A stretch of DNA of 64,000 nt from Pseudomonadota bacterium (lineage in GTDB: Bacteria; Pseudomonadota; Alphaproteobacteria; Rhodospirillales; Magnetospirillaceae), in assembly GCA_023426365.1 (NCBI GenBank), contig JAFAAW010000040.1:2814-66813 (forward strand), given 5' to 3'. Below the pieces are notes generated by a model. It worked only from the letters and a program-made list of their open reading frames with translations, was not told the DNA's origin and made no database searches. A program made the position numbers and the translations under genes. Each line of letters begins with the position of its first letter. The stretch's first letter is position 1. Positions 31,537 through 42,345 of this stretch are shown piece by piece.

Positions 31537-31593
31537 GCCGGGCGGCCATGCCCACCCTGGCACAACGGCGCCGTTTCCGTTAAAGGTGGCGCC

Positions 31594-32508
31594 ATGAGCA
31601 GCGCACCCACCCTTAACGGCGACATTCCCGTCGGCAACTGGATCGACCGCTGGGCACCGGCGGCCACCCGCCCCTATCTGCGGCTGATGCGGCTGGACCG
31701 CCCCATCGGCACCTGGCTGCTGTTGTTCCCCTGCTGGTGGAGCATCGCGCTGGCCGGCGACGGCTGGCCCGATTGGCGGCTGTTCGCGCTGTTCGCCGTG
31801 GGGTCGGTGGTGATGCGCGGGGCCGGGTGCACCATCAACGACATCGCCGACCACAAGTTCGACGCCCAGGTGGAGCGCACCAAGGGCCGCCCCATCCCGT
31901 CGGGCGCGGTCAGCCTGAAGCGCGCCTGGGCGTTCCTGGCGGCGCAGTTGCTGGTGGGCCTGCTGATCCTGGTGCAATTGCCGCCGTTTGCCATCGGCCT
32001 GGGCGTGGCCTCGCTGCTGTTGGTGTTCCCCTATCCGCTGATGAAGCGGATCACCTGGTGGCCGCAGGCGTGGCTGGGCCTGACCTTCAACTGGGGCGCG
32101 GTCATGGGCTGGGCGGCGGTGCAGGGCGACCTCGGCATTCCGGCCGTGCTGCTTTACGCCGGCGGCATCCTGTGGACCCTGGGCTACGACACCATCTATG
32201 CCCATCAGGACAAGGAGGACGACGCGCTGATCGGCGTCAAGTCCACCGCGCTGCGCCTGGGCGACGCGACGCCGCGCTGGGTCGGCGGCTTCTATGCCGG
32301 CATGATGGCGCTGACCGCCGCCGCCGGCTGGGCCGCCGGGCTGGGCTGGGCGTTCTATCCGCTGCTGGCCGTGGCCGGGCTGCAACTGGCGTGGCAGGTC
32401 CGGCGCGGCGACATCGACGACGCGGCCGATTGCCTGGCCAAGTTCAAGTCGAACCGCTGGTTCGGCTGGCTGGTGCTGGCGGCCATCCTGGCGGGCAGGT
32501 TGACCTAG
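31594..32508 (+). CDS. ubiA: 4-hydroxybenzoate octaprenyltransferase
   Basis: RLDRPIGTWLL, MRGAGCTINDIAD..FD..VERT..RP, YDTIYAHQDKEDD..IGVKSTA. Confidence 0.97.
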   Translation: MSSAPTLNGDIPVGNWIDRWAPAATRPYLRLMRLDRPIGTWLLLFPCWWSIALAGDGWPDWRLFALFAVGSVVMRGAGCTINDIADHKFDAQVERTKGRPIPSGAVSLKRAWAFLAAQLLVGLLILVQLPPFAIGLGVASLLLVFPYPLMKRITWWPQAWLGLTFNWGAVMGWAAVQGDLGIPAVLLYAGGILWTLGYDTIYAHQDKEDDALIGVKSTALRLGDATPRWVGGFYAGMMALTAAAGWAAGLGWAFYPLLAVAGLQLAWQVRRGDIDDAADCLAKFKSNRWFGWLVLAAILAGRLT

Positions 32509-32572
32509 CCTTTTGCGTTTTTCCCACCGGAGTTTTGCGCCTATGCTGGACATCGAACGACTGAGAGTCCTC

Positions 32573-33220
32573 ATGGGCCAGGATCCCCGCGCCTTCATCC
32601 GCGAAGTGACCGAGGTGTCGCAGCCGCCGGCCTGCCCCGAGATCAACCTGTGGCTGGCGACCGAGGTGACGCCGTTGTGGGAGGCCACCGAGGCCGCCCT
32701 GCTGCGCGTCAACCTGCCGCCGCCCTATTGGGCGTTCTGCTGGGCGGGCGGACAGGCGCTGACCCGCTACGTGCTGGACAATCCCGATCTGGTGCGCGGC
32801 AAGCGGGTGCTGGACTTCGCCGCCGGATCGGGGGCCACCGCCATCGCCGCCGCCATCAACGGCGCGGCCGAGGTTGTAGCGGCCGACATCGACCCGCTGG
32901 CCTGCGCGGTCATTCCCATGAATGCCGAGCTGAACGGCGTCGCCGTCGCGGTGGCCGACCACGACGTGGTGGGGCAACCCTGCCGCTGGGACGTGGTGGT
33001 GGCCGGCGACGTCTGTTACGAAGCCCCCATGACCGCCCACATCTTTCCCTGGCTGCGCCAGATGGCGGCGGCCGGGGCCACCGTGCTGATGGCCGATCCG
33101 GGGCGGGCCTATCTGCCCAAGACCGGCCTGTTGGAGGTGGCGCGGACGACCGTCGCCACCAGCCTGGAACTGGAGGACCGCACCCGGCGCGAGGTGGTGG
33201 TCTATCGCATCGTCGGCTAG
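32573..33220 (+). CDS. Class I SAM-dependent methyltransferase (PrmA/ETF-beta lysine methyltransferase-like)
   Basis: PPPYWAFCWAGGQAL, VLDFAAGSG, GDVCYE, ADPGRAYLP; start may be 32543. Confidence 0.88.
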   Translation: MGQDPRAFIREVTEVSQPPACPEINLWLATEVTPLWEATEAALLRVNLPPPYWAFCWAGGQALTRYVLDNPDLVRGKRVLDFAAGSGATAIAAAINGAAEVVAADIDPLACAVIPMNAELNGVAVAVADHDVVGQPCRWDVVVAGDVCYEAPMTAHIFPWLRQMAAAGATVLMADPGRAYLPKTGLLEVARTTVATSLELEDRTRREVVVYRIVG

Positions 33221-33236
33221 GCAAGGAACCGGGGCC

Positions 33237-34010
33237 ATGACGCGGATTGTGGTCGAACAGATCGCGGTGCTGTCGGACAACTACGTCTATCTGCTGCACG
33301 AGCCGGAAAGCGGCGCCACGGCGGCGGTGGACCCGGCGGTGGCCGAGCCGGTGCTGGCGGCGGCCCGCGCGCGCGGCTGGCGCCTGACCCACATCCTCAA
33401 CACCCATCACCACGGCGACCACACCGGCGGCAATCTCGAACTGAAGCGGCATACCGGCGCCCAGGTGGTGGGCGCCCGGCGCGACGCCGAACGCATCCCC
33501 GGCATCGACGTCGAGGCGCGCGAGGGTGACACCTTCCTGCTCGGCCACGCCGCCGCCATGGTGTTCGAGACGCCGGGCCACACCAGCGGCCACATCGCCT
33601 TCTGGTTTCCCGACAGCCACGCGCTGTTCTGCGGCGACACCCTGTTCTCGCTGGGTTGCGGCCGGCTGTTCGAGGGCACGGCGGCGCAGATGTGGGACTC
33701 GCTGGCCAAGCTGCGCGACCTGCCGGGTGACACAAGGGTCTATTGCGCCCACGAATACACCGCCTCCAACGGGCGCTTCGCCCGGCTGGTGGAGCGCGAC
33801 AACGCGGCGCTGGTCGCCCGCGTGGATCAGGTTGCCCGCCTGCGCGCCGCCGGCCGCCCCACCATCCCCTCCACCATGGCCGATGAACGCGCCGCCAACC
33901 CCTTCCTGCGCGCCGACGAGGCCGCCGTGGCCCGCGCCGTCGGCATAGAGCCGGGCACCGACCCGGTGCGGGTGTTCGCGGAACTCAGGCGGCGCAAGGA
34001 CGTGTTCTGA
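33237..34010 (+). CDS. gloB: Hydroxyacylglutathione hydrolase (glyoxalase II)
   Basis: DNYVYL, THHHGDHTGG, TPGHTSGH, FCGDTLFSLGCGRLFEG, YCAHEYT, NPFLR. Confidence 0.96.
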   Translation: MTRIVVEQIAVLSDNYVYLLHEPESGATAAVDPAVAEPVLAAARARGWRLTHILNTHHHGDHTGGNLELKRHTGAQVVGARRDAERIPGIDVEAREGDTFLLGHAAAMVFETPGHTSGHIAFWFPDSHALFCGDTLFSLGCGRLFEGTAAQMWDSLAKLRDLPGDTRVYCAHEYTASNGRFARLVERDNAALVARVDQVARLRAAGRPTIPSTMADERAANPFLRADEAAVARAVGIEPGTDPVRVFAELRRRKDVF

Positions 34011-34022
34011 GCGGAGGATAGG

Positions 34023-34583
34023 ATGCCGCCTTGGTTGCAGGACAGCTTTCTGGCCGCGCTGGATTTCGCCGCCCGCGCCCATCGGAATCAGACGGTTCCG
34101 GGCACCGGCGTCGCCTATGTCGCCCACCTGACCTCGGTGGCGCAGGAGGTGATGGCGGCGCTGGCGGCCGAGCCGGGCCGCGACGGCACGCTGGCGGTGA
34201 CCGCGGCGCTGCTGCATGACGTGCTGGAGGATACCGACACCCCGCCCGCGCGGGTGCTGGATCGGTTCGGCCCGTTGGTGCTGGCCGGTGTCCAGGCCCT
34301 GACCAAGCGCGCCGACCTGCCCAAGCCCCAGGCCATGGCCGACAGCCTGGACCGCATCCGCCGCCAACCGGCGGAAATCTGGATGGTCAAGCTGGCCGAC
34401 CGCATCGTCAACCTGGCACCGCCGCCGCCCCATTGGACGGCGGAAAAGATCGCCGCCTACGGTGCCGAAGCGCGGACCATCCTGGCCGCCCTGGGCGAGG
34501 CCAGCCCGATCCTTGCCACCCGGCTGGCGGCGCGCATCGCCGCCTACGGCGCCGCCGCCCGGCCCATCGAACGTCAAATATGA
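34023..34583 (+). CDS. Stand-alone HD-domain protein, small alarmone hydrolase (Mesh1/SpoT hydrolase)-like
   Basis: FAARAH..Q, YVAHL, AALLHDVLEDT, V.ALTK, VKLADRIVNL. Confidence 0.85.
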   Translation: MPPWLQDSFLAALDFAARAHRNQTVPGTGVAYVAHLTSVAQEVMAALAAEPGRDGTLAVTAALLHDVLEDTDTPPARVLDRFGPLVLAGVQALTKRADLPKPQAMADSLDRIRRQPAEIWMVKLADRIVNLAPPPPHWTAEKIAAYGAEARTILAALGEASPILATRLAARIAAYGAAARPIERQI

Positions 34584-34630
34584 CGCACGATGGCCTGGTT
34601 CATGTTTGGCGCTCGCCGCTCTAGGCGGCC

Positions 34631-35731
34631 TCAGCCCCGTTCCGGGAACAGCGCGCACAGACCCTCGGGGCTGGCCGCGCACACGCCGCGTTCGGTGATC
34701 AGGCCGGTCACCAGACGCGCGGGCGTCACGTCGAAGCCCCAATTGCCCGCCGGGCTGCCGTCGGGCGTGACCTGCACGGTGACGATGCTGCCGTCGGCCG
34801 CCTTGCCGGGCATGTGCGTCTGCTCGAGGGCATCGCGTTCCTCGATGGGAATTTCGCGGATGCCGTCGGCCACCTTCCAGTCGATGGTCGGGCTGGGCAG
34901 CGCCACATAGAAGGGCACGTTGTTGTCGGCCGCCGCCAGCGCCTTGAGGTAAGTGCCGATCTTGTTGCAGACATCACCGTTGCGGGTGACCCGGTCGGTG
35001 CCGACGATCACGCAATCCACCAGGCCGTGCTGCATCAGATGGCCGCCGGTATTGTCGGCGATCACCGTATGGGGCACGCCGTGCCAGTTCAGCTCGCGCG
35101 CGGTCAGGCTGGCCCCTTGGTTGCGCGGGCGGGTCTCGTCCACCCACACATGGATGGGCAGGCCGGCATCGAACGCCTTGTAGATCGGCGCGATGGCGGT
35201 GCCCCAATCCACGGTGGCCAGCCAGCCGGCATTGCAATGGGTCAGCACGTTCAGCCGCTCGGCGCCCTCGGCCCGGCGGCGCGCCCAGATCTCGCGCAGC
35301 AGGTCCAGGCCGTTATCGCCGATGGCCGAATTGATGGCCACGTCCTCGTCGGCGATCTCGGCGGCGCGGGCATAGGCGACGGCGGCGCGCTCGGCCTCGG
35401 GCACGCCGGCCAGCGCCTTGATCATCTCGTCCAGCGCCCATTTCAGGTTGATAGCGGTGGGGCGGGTGGAATGCAGGATGTTGTAAGCCACCGTCAGCGC
35501 CATGTCCGACGCGTTGGCCCGCGCCGTCAGCGCCATGCCATAGGCGGCGGTGGCGCCGATCAGCGGCGCGCCTCGCACCAGCATGGCCTTGATGGCATGG
35601 GCCGCGTCGGCCAGGCTTTCCAGCCGCACGGTGACCAGTTCGTGGGGCAGACGGGTCTGGTCGATGATCTCCACCGCCCAGCCGTCATCGGCCAGCCAGA
35701 TGGTGCGGGTGGGCTTGCCATCGATCTTCAT
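34631..35731 (-). CDS. mtnA: Methylthioribose-1-phosphate isomerase
   Basis: [63 protein letters not shown]. Confidence 0.96.
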   Translation of the reverse strand: MKIDGKPTRTIWLADDGWAVEIIDQTRLPHELVTVRLESLADAAHAIKAMLVRGAPLIGATAAYGMALTARANASDMALTVAYNILHSTRPTAINLKWALDEMIKALAGVPEAERAAVAYARAAEIADEDVAINSAIGDNGLDLLREIWARRRAEGAERLNVLTHCNAGWLATVDWGTAIAPIYKAFDAGLPIHVWVDETRPRNQGASLTARELNWHGVPHTVIADNTGGHLMQHGLVDCVIVGTDRVTRNGDVCNKIGTYLKALAAADNNVPFYVALPSPTIDWKVADGIREIPIEERDALEQTHMPGKAADGSIVTVQVTPDGSPAGNWGFDVTPARLVTGLITERGVCAASPEGLCALFPERG

Positions 35732-35918
35732 GCCAATACCTCGCTGCCTTTCCAAGGGGGGGCCGTGGGCAAACGGATAGGGTGCCGACATCGCCATCCG
35801 AACGGTGCGTAACAGGACGACCCTATACACCTGCACCCATACCAAAGCCGTGGCCGTGGATTTATCATTCCATCAACAAGGCGCCCCAAAAAGGTGGCGC
35901 CGCTGTTCGAGGTGGACC

Positions 35919-36104
35919 ATGCGGAATCGAAACGGAGAAGAATGCCCCTGGCATTTCGACCCTGATCCGGATTCCAGCCTGGACAGCCTGCAAAGCATTC
36001 TGAACTGCGCCTCGATCCAGGGCTGCGGCCAATGCGTCACCTGCAGCGAACGCGCGCTGGAACTGTTCCTGCGCGTGGCGCGCGCGCGATCGCCGCAGCC
36101 CTGA
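35919..36104 (+). CDS. Small hypothetical Cys-rich protein (61 aa)
   Basis: MRNRNGEECPWHFD...LNCASIQGCGQCVTCSERALELFLRVAR; GAGGTGG RBS before ATG 35919; fills the mtnA-mtnP gap on the opposite strand. Confidence 0.65.
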   Translation: MRNRNGEECPWHFDPDPDSSLDSLQSILNCASIQGCGQCVTCSERALELFLRVARARSPQP

Positions 36105-36116
36105 GCGCCCGGCGCC

Positions 36117-36992
<876 letters not shown>

Positions 36993-37031
36993 CTCTGTCG
37001 CCCCTGGAGCTGGAGAAAGTGGGTCGGTGTT

Positions 37032-37066
37032 AAAACAAAAAGGCCGCTGTCGCAAGGACAGCGGCC
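37032..37066 (-). terminator. Intrinsic terminator of petABC
   Basis: Minus strand GGCCGCTGTC-CTTGC-GACAGCGGCC-TTTTTGTTTT. Confidence 0.88.
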
Positions 37067-37112
37067 AGTTTGCTTGTCATAACCCCGGCGCGGGCGCCCC
37101 GGGGGTGCCTGA

Positions 37113-37880
37113 TCAGTGCACGTTCTTCCAGATCTGACGCTTCAGCGCGTACAGCAGGGCGGTGAAGATGCCCAGGAAGATCATGACCTTCAGGCCCAGG
37201 GACTTGCGCTCGTCCAGCTCGGGCTCGGCGGCCCAGTTGAGGAACGCAGTGATGTCCAGGGCCATCTGCTGCGGCGTGGCCTTGGTGCCGTCCGAATAGG
37301 TCACCAGGTCTTCCATCAGCTGCGGAGGCATACTGATGTTGCCGCCGGGGAAGTACTTGTTGAAGTACTTGCCCTCGGGCAGCTCGTGGCCTTCCGGCGG
37401 CGTGTCCTCGAAGCCCAGCATCAGGCTGTAGAGGTAGTTCGGACCACCCACGCGCGCCTTGGCGATCAGCGACAGGTCCGGCGGCAGGGCGCCGCCGTTG
37501 GCGGCCGCGGCCGCCTTGTCGTTCGGGAACGGCGAGATGTACTTGTCCGACGGCCGGCCGGCGCGCTTGCTGACGATGCCCTCGTCATTGGGCGCGTCGT
37601 CGATGTCGCGCTCGGCGGCGACGGCCTTGATCTCTTCCGCGGTCAGGCCGACAGCGGCCAGGTTGCGGTAGGCGACCAGACGCAGGCCGTGGCAGTTCGA
37701 GCACACCTGGTGGAAGATCTCGAAGCCGCGCTTGAGCTGGCCCTGGTCGTACTTGCCGAACACGCCGTTGAACGAGAATTCCGGCTTCATCAGCGGCGCA
37801 CCGGCTTCGGCGGCCAGCGCCGCACCGGAGGCGCCGGTCAGACCGGCGGCAACCAGGGCCGAAAGGATGAGCTTACGCAT
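37113..37880 (-). CDS. petC: Cytochrome c1
   Basis: Signal peptide, QVCSNCHG heme motif, ANGGALPPDLSLI, ISMPPQL, C-terminal TM anchor. Confidence 0.97.
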   Translation of the reverse strand: MRKLILSALVAAGLTGASGAALAAEAGAPLMKPEFSFNGVFGKYDQGQLKRGFEIFHQVCSNCHGLRLVAYRNLAAVGLTAEEIKAVAAERDIDDAPNDEGIVSKRAGRPSDKYISPFPNDKAAAAANGGALPPDLSLIAKARVGGPNYLYSLMLGFEDTPPEGHELPEGKYFNKYFPGGNISMPPQLMEDLVTYSDGTKATPQQMALDITAFLNWAAEPELDERKSLGLKVMIFLGIFTALLYALKRQIWKNVH

Positions 37881-39118
37881 TATGCCTTCTCCTTCAGCAC
37901 GGGGGCCGAGATGCTGGCCGGCAGGGCCTTGGGCTTCTCGATCTTGCCCAAGAGCGGCATGATGATCAGGAAGTGGGCGAAGTAGTAGGCAGTGGCGATC
38001 TGACCGATGGTGATCAGGATGCCTTCCGCCGGCTTGCCGCCGACATAGCCCAGCACCACGCAGTCCACCACGAACAGCCAGAAGAACTGGCGGTACAGCG
38101 GGCGGAACTTGGCCGAGCGGACCTTCGAGGTGTCCAGCCAGGGCAGGAAGAACAGGACGATGATGGCCGAGAACATGGCCACGACGCCCTGCAGCTTCGC
38201 CGAGATGAACCAGATGTCCTGGGTGAAGGCGCGCAGGATCGCGTAGAACGGCAGGAAGTACCATTCGGGCACGATGTGCGGCGGGGTCACCATCGGATTC
38301 GCTTCGATGTAATTGTCCGGATGGCCGAGGAAGTTCGGCGCCCAGAACACGAAGGCGAAGTAGAACATCAGGAACAGGCCGATGCCGAACAGGTCCTTGA
38401 TGGTGTAGTAGGGGTGGAACGGGATGGTGTCGGCCGGGGTCTTGATCTCCACGCCCAGCGGGTTGTTCGACTTGACGGTGTGCAGCGCCCACACGTGGAG
38501 GACGACCATACCGAGGATGACGAACGGCAGCAGGTAGTGCAGCGAGAAGAACCGGTTCAGCGTCGGGTTGTCCACCGAGAAGCCGCCCCACAGCAGGGTG
38601 CGGATCGGGTCGCCGATGATCGGGAACGCCGAGAACAGGTTGGTGATCACGGTGGCGCCCCAGAAGGACATCTGGCCCCACGGCAGCACGTAGCCCATGA
38701 ACGCGGTGCCCATCATCAGCAGGAAGATGATGATGCCGATCCACCACAGAACCTCGCGCGGCGCCTTGTACGAGCCGTAATAGAGGTTACGCAGGATGTG
38801 GATGTACACCAGGATGAAGAACATCGAGGCGCCGTTCATGTGCAGGTAGCGGATCAGCCACCCGTAATTGACGTCGCGCATGATGCGCTCGACCGAGTCG
38901 AAGGCCAGCGAGGTGTGCGACGAATAATTCATCACCAGGAAGATGCCGGTCAGCATCATGATCACCAGGGTGAAGCCGGCCAGCGAGCCGAAATTCCACC
39001 AGTAATTCAGATTCCTGGGAGTGGGATACTCGATGGCCGAATGGTGCATCATCGAGAAGATGGGAAGCCGCTGGTCCAGCCAGCTCACCACCTTGTTGTT
39101 GCTCTGAAAGCCGCTCAT
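37880..39118 (-). CDS. petB: Cytochrome b of the bc1 complex
   Basis: [50 protein letters not shown]. Confidence 0.99.
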   Translation of the reverse strand: MSGFQSNNKVVSWLDQRLPIFSMMHHSAIEYPTPRNLNYWWNFGSLAGFTLVIMMLTGIFLVMNYSSHTSLAFDSVERIMRDVNYGWLIRYLHMNGASMFFILVYIHILRNLYYGSYKAPREVLWWIGIIIFLLMMGTAFMGYVLPWGQMSFWGATVITNLFSAFPIIGDPIRTLLWGGFSVDNPTLNRFFSLHYLLPFVILGMVVLHVWALHTVKSNNPLGVEIKTPADTIPFHPYYTIKDLFGIGLFLMFYFAFVFWAPNFLGHPDNYIEANPMVTPPHIVPEWYFLPFYAILRAFTQDIWFISAKLQGVVAMFSAIIVLFFLPWLDTSKVRSAKFRPLYRQFFWLFVVDCVVLGYVGGKPAEGILITIGQIATAYYFAHFLIIMPLLGKIEKPKALPASISAPVLKEKA

Positions 39119-39127
39119 GGCCGATCC

Positions 39128-39682
39128 TTACCCGATACGGATGGTGGTGTCGGTGGTGAACGCATACTTCGGCACCGGCAGGTTCAGGGGCGCGGGGCCC
39201 TTGCGGATGCGGCCCGAAGTATCGTAGTGCGAACCGTGGCAGGGGCAGAACCAGCCGTTGTATTCGCCCTTGGGGTCGGCAGGCTTCTGACCCAGCGGCA
39301 CGCAGCCGAGATGGGTGCAGACGCCGATCACCACCAGCCATTCCGGCTTGGTCGCGCGGTCGGCATCCTTTTCAGGATCGCGCAGGTCGGCGCCGTCATC
39401 CTTGGCGGCCTGGGCGATCTCGCCCTCCGTGCGGTGACGCACGAAGACCGGCTTGCCCTGCCAGATGACCGTGATGGCCTGACCAGTGTGAATGGCGGAC
39501 AGGTCCACGTCGGTGGTGGACAGCGCCAGGGTATCGGCGGCCGGGTTCATGCTGTGCACGAACGGCCACAAAGCAGCGGCGGTCCCGGCCGCGCCGACGG
39601 CGGTAGTGGCATACAGCAGGAAATCCCGCCGAGTCTGCCCGTCCGTCGACGAGGGCTGGGCATGCGTTGCCGGATCAGCCAT
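39128..39682 (-). CDS. petA: Rieske iron-sulfur protein of the bc1 complex
   Basis: TRRDFL Tat motif, CTHLGC, CPCHGS, GPAPLNL. Confidence 0.99.
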   Translation of the reverse strand: MADPATHAQPSSTDGQTRRDFLLYATTAVGAAGTAAALWPFVHSMNPAADTLALSTTDVDLSAIHTGQAITVIWQGKPVFVRHRTEGEIAQAAKDDGADLRDPEKDADRATKPEWLVVIGVCTHLGCVPLGQKPADPKGEYNGWFCPCHGSHYDTSGRIRKGPAPLNLPVPKYAFTTDTTIRIG

Positions 39683-39830
39683 GACATAACCTCTTGTTGG
39701 CCCGCGGAAGCGGCCCTATTAACCACATCGGCCCGTTTGGATCAACAGGCGAGTCAAGTGCACTTTCAGGATTAACTAATTCTGCGAGTGGGGACTTCGG
39801 ACACCACCATATTTGTTGTAGGTCAAAGGA

Positions 39831-40322
39831 TTGGCAGAGAGGACGACCCGGCCGCGACTGGCGCTGTACCAGCCTGACATCCCCCAGAACGCCGGGGCGG
39901 TTCTGCGCCTGGGCGCCTGCCTGGATTTCGGCATCGACGTGATCGAGCCGTGCGGGTTCCTGTGGGACGAAAAGCGCATGCGCCGCGCCGGCATGGACTA
40001 TATCGAGCAAGTAACGGTGACCCGCCATACGTCGTGGCCTGCCTTTCGCCAGTGGTCGCATGACCAGGGGCGCCGGGTGGTGCTGCTGTCCACCAAGGCG
40101 TCCGAGCGCCTGGACCGCTTCACCTTTCGCCCCGACGACATCATCATGGTGGGGCGCGAAAGCGCCGGCGTGCCCGACGCGGTGGCCGAGGCGGCGGACG
40201 CGCGCGTGCGCATCCCGCTCAATCCGGCGGCGCGCTCGCTCAACGTCGCCATGGCCGCCGCCATCGCCATGGCCGAGGCGCTGCGCCAGTTGCAGGCCTT
40301 TCCCACCGAGGAGACCGCATGA
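39831..40322 (+). CDS. trmL: tRNA (cytidine(34)-2'-O)-methyltransferase, SpoU family
   Basis: LYQPDIPQNAG, IEPCGF, RRAGMDY, GRESAGVP, RSLNVA. Confidence 0.92.
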   Translation: MAERTTRPRLALYQPDIPQNAGAVLRLGACLDFGIDVIEPCGFLWDEKRMRRAGMDYIEQVTVTRHTSWPAFRQWSHDQGRRVVLLSTKASERLDRFTFRPDDIIMVGRESAGVPDAVAEAADARVRIPLNPAARSLNVAMAAAIAMAEALRQLQAFPTEETA

Positions 40323-41026
40323 GCACCGACACCCCGCTGGACCGCATCTACGCCGCCGAACGCGCCCAGGCCTATGACCGCCGCATCCGCGACGCCATTC
40401 CCGGCTACGAGGCGCTGCACCAACTGGCCTGCATGGTGGTGGCCGAGGCGACCGGCGGCCAGGGCCGCGTGCTGGTGGCCGGCGCCGGCACCGGGGCGGA
40501 ATGCGTGGCGCTGGGCCGCGCCTGCCCTGCCCTGCATGTGGTCGGCCTGGACCCGGCGGCGGACATGCTGACCCTGGCCGAGGGCAAGGTGGCCGCGCAC
40601 GGCCTGACCGAGCGCGTGCGCCTTTATCCCTGCAAGGTGGACGACCTGCCGTCGTTCGAGCCATTCGACGCCGCCACCCTGCTGCTGGTGCTGCATTTCC
40701 TGCCCGACGACGGCGCCAAGCTGGACCTGCTGGGCGATCTGGCCAAACGCCTCAAGCCGGGCGCGCCGCTGGTGCTGGCCGACCTGTTCGGCCCCGCCTG
40801 GAGCGATCCCTGGCAGGCGGAGCTGCGCACCTATTGGCGCCACCTGCAAATGGCCGCCGGCATCGGCATCACCGACATCGACAAGGGGTTCTCGCATGTG
40901 GACCGCGACATTCATCCCGTCACCGAAGCGCGTCTGGGCCAATTGCTGGAACAGGCCGGCTTCGGCCCGCCCCAGCCGTTCTTCCGCGCGCTGTGCTTTG
41001 GCGGCTGGGTGGCGCGGCGGCGCTGA
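40319..41026 (+). CDS. Class I SAM-dependent methyltransferase (CmoA-like)
   Basis: YD..IR..IPGY, VLVAGAGTGAE, DP..DML, FDAATLLLVLHF; ATGA overlap with trmL. Confidence 0.88.
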   Translation: MSTDTPLDRIYAAERAQAYDRRIRDAIPGYEALHQLACMVVAEATGGQGRVLVAGAGTGAECVALGRACPALHVVGLDPAADMLTLAEGKVAAHGLTERVRLYPCKVDDLPSFEPFDAATLLLVLHFLPDDGAKLDLLGDLAKRLKPGAPLVLADLFGPAWSDPWQAELRTYWRHLQMAAGIGITDIDKGFSHVDRDIHPVTEARLGQLLEQAGFGPPQPFFRALCFGGWVARRR

Positions 41027-41462
41027 GGCCGCCCGCCGCCTGCTGGCGGCCGTGACCCTGCTGGCCGTCGTGGCGCTGGGCGGGGCGCCGGCCGGCGCTG
41101 GCGAAACCCTGCCCGCGCCCGAGGCGGCCGCCCTGGCCGCGCGCAAGGCCGTCATTCTGGTGGACGTGCGCACGCCAGTGGAATGGAACGACACCGGCAT
41201 CCCCGCGGGGGCACGGACCGTCAGTTGGGGGCGCCCCGATTTCGCCGAGCGCCTGCTGGAGGTGGCCGGCGTTGACCGCAACGCCCCGCTGGTGCTGATC
41301 TGCCGAACCGGCAACCGGTCGGGCAAGGCGCTGGCGGCGTTGCGCGACAGCGGCTTCACCCAGGCGCGTCACGTCCCCGAAGGCATGGTCGGCAGCGCCG
41401 CCGGCCCCGGCTGGCTGGCGCGCGGCCTGCCGGTCGAGGAGTGGAGCGGCGACCGGCGCTGA
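40998..41462 (+). CDS. Rhodanese-like domain protein with signal-peptide-like N-terminus
   Basis: LVDVRTPVEW..TGIPAGA, LICRTGNRS active-site loop, GW..RGLP. Start uncertain (TTG 40998 or GTG 41052). Confidence 0.82.
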   Translation: MAAGWRGGAEAARRLLAAVTLLAVVALGGAPAGAGETLPAPEAAALAARKAVILVDVRTPVEWNDTGIPAGARTVSWGRPDFAERLLEVAGVDRNAPLVLICRTGNRSGKALAALRDSGFTQARHVPEGMVGSAAGPGWLARGLPVEEWSGDRR

Positions 41463-42242
41463 TCACTGGACCGGGCGGGCGCCCATCTGGCGGAACGCGT
41501 CCTCGATCCGCCGCAGCAACGCGGGGGGATTGGGGGCCCTGTTGGACACCAGGAAATAGCTTTCCAGGCGGACCAGGGTTTCCGATTGCAGGCCCGTCAG
41601 CGACGATCGCGCCAGCGCCAGGGCGGCCGGATCGGCATAGTCGATCAGATAATCGCCATGGCCGCTGGCCAGCATGCGGATGGCGGCCTCGCGGCTGTCG
41701 GCAAAGGACACGTTGACCCGGTTGGCGGGGTCCTTGAAGAAGTCGATCCACCCGCCATAGCCGTAACCGCGCAGCAGGATCACCGAGCGGCCGCGCACCT
41801 TCTCGATCCCCTCAAGCGGCGGCGTCGTCCCCAGGCGATAGGCGTCCAGGTCCAGATAAGCCATGGGCAGATGGCCGTACTGCACGGAATCCAGGATGTC
41901 GGGATGGCGGATCAGCATGGCCACGTGGGAGGAACCGTCCCGCAGGCTGGCCATCAGGCGGGCGCCGGGATAGCACTTGATCTCGTAATCCAGCCCCGCG
42001 CGCCTGAGGATGGCCGAGACCAGTTCGATGGCCTTGCCGGACGGGTGGCCGTCGGGGCCGGTATAGGTCAGCGGGGGAAACTCGACGCAGCCGACCTTGA
42101 CCGGCTCGGCCCACGCCGCCGGTGGCGGCAGCAGGACGAACAGGGCAAGCGTCACGGCACAAAGGCGCCCCAGGCGGTCGGTCAGGCATTCCGGCATGGG
42201 CAGCGGGTCCATCGGCATCGGGTCAAGACCCGAGATCACCAC
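41463..42242 (-). CDS. Periplasmic substrate-binding domain protein (family 3-like)
   Basis: Signal-like segment ending AWA, EFPPLTY..G..SG, YPGARL, LRGYGYGG, ML..G..DY; true start probably nearer 42197. Confidence 0.75.
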   Translation of the reverse strand: MVISGLDPMPMDPLPMPECLTDRLGRLCAVTLALFVLLPPPAAWAEPVKVGCVEFPPLTYTGPDGHPSGKAIELVSAILRRAGLDYEIKCYPGARLMASLRDGSSHVAMLIRHPDILDSVQYGHLPMAYLDLDAYRLGTTPPLEGIEKVRGRSVILLRGYGYGGWIDFFKDPANRVNVSFADSREAAIRMLASGHGDYLIDYADPAALALARSSLTGLQSETLVRLESYFLVSNRAPNPPALLRRIEDAFRQMGARPVQ

Positions 42243-42345
42243 ATTGTGCAGGGCATCCCCCGCTTGCGCAATGGCTTCTGGTCAGGATGGCGGCTTTGTC
42301 CTACCCTCGGGCTATCATTCTCGACCCGGGCAAGGACGACCTTCG

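Noticed and set aside
33830..33846. 17-bp identity between gloB coding sequence and the RTX upstream motif region
   Set aside because: It lies inside a conserved CDS, lacks the GTTCCC half and is very GC-rich; treated as chance.
35732..35918. SAM-II/SAM-alpha or SAH riboswitch upstream of mtnA
   Set aside because: I could not find the conserved cores on either strand; only a simple hairpin is visible. An Rfam cmscan would settle it.
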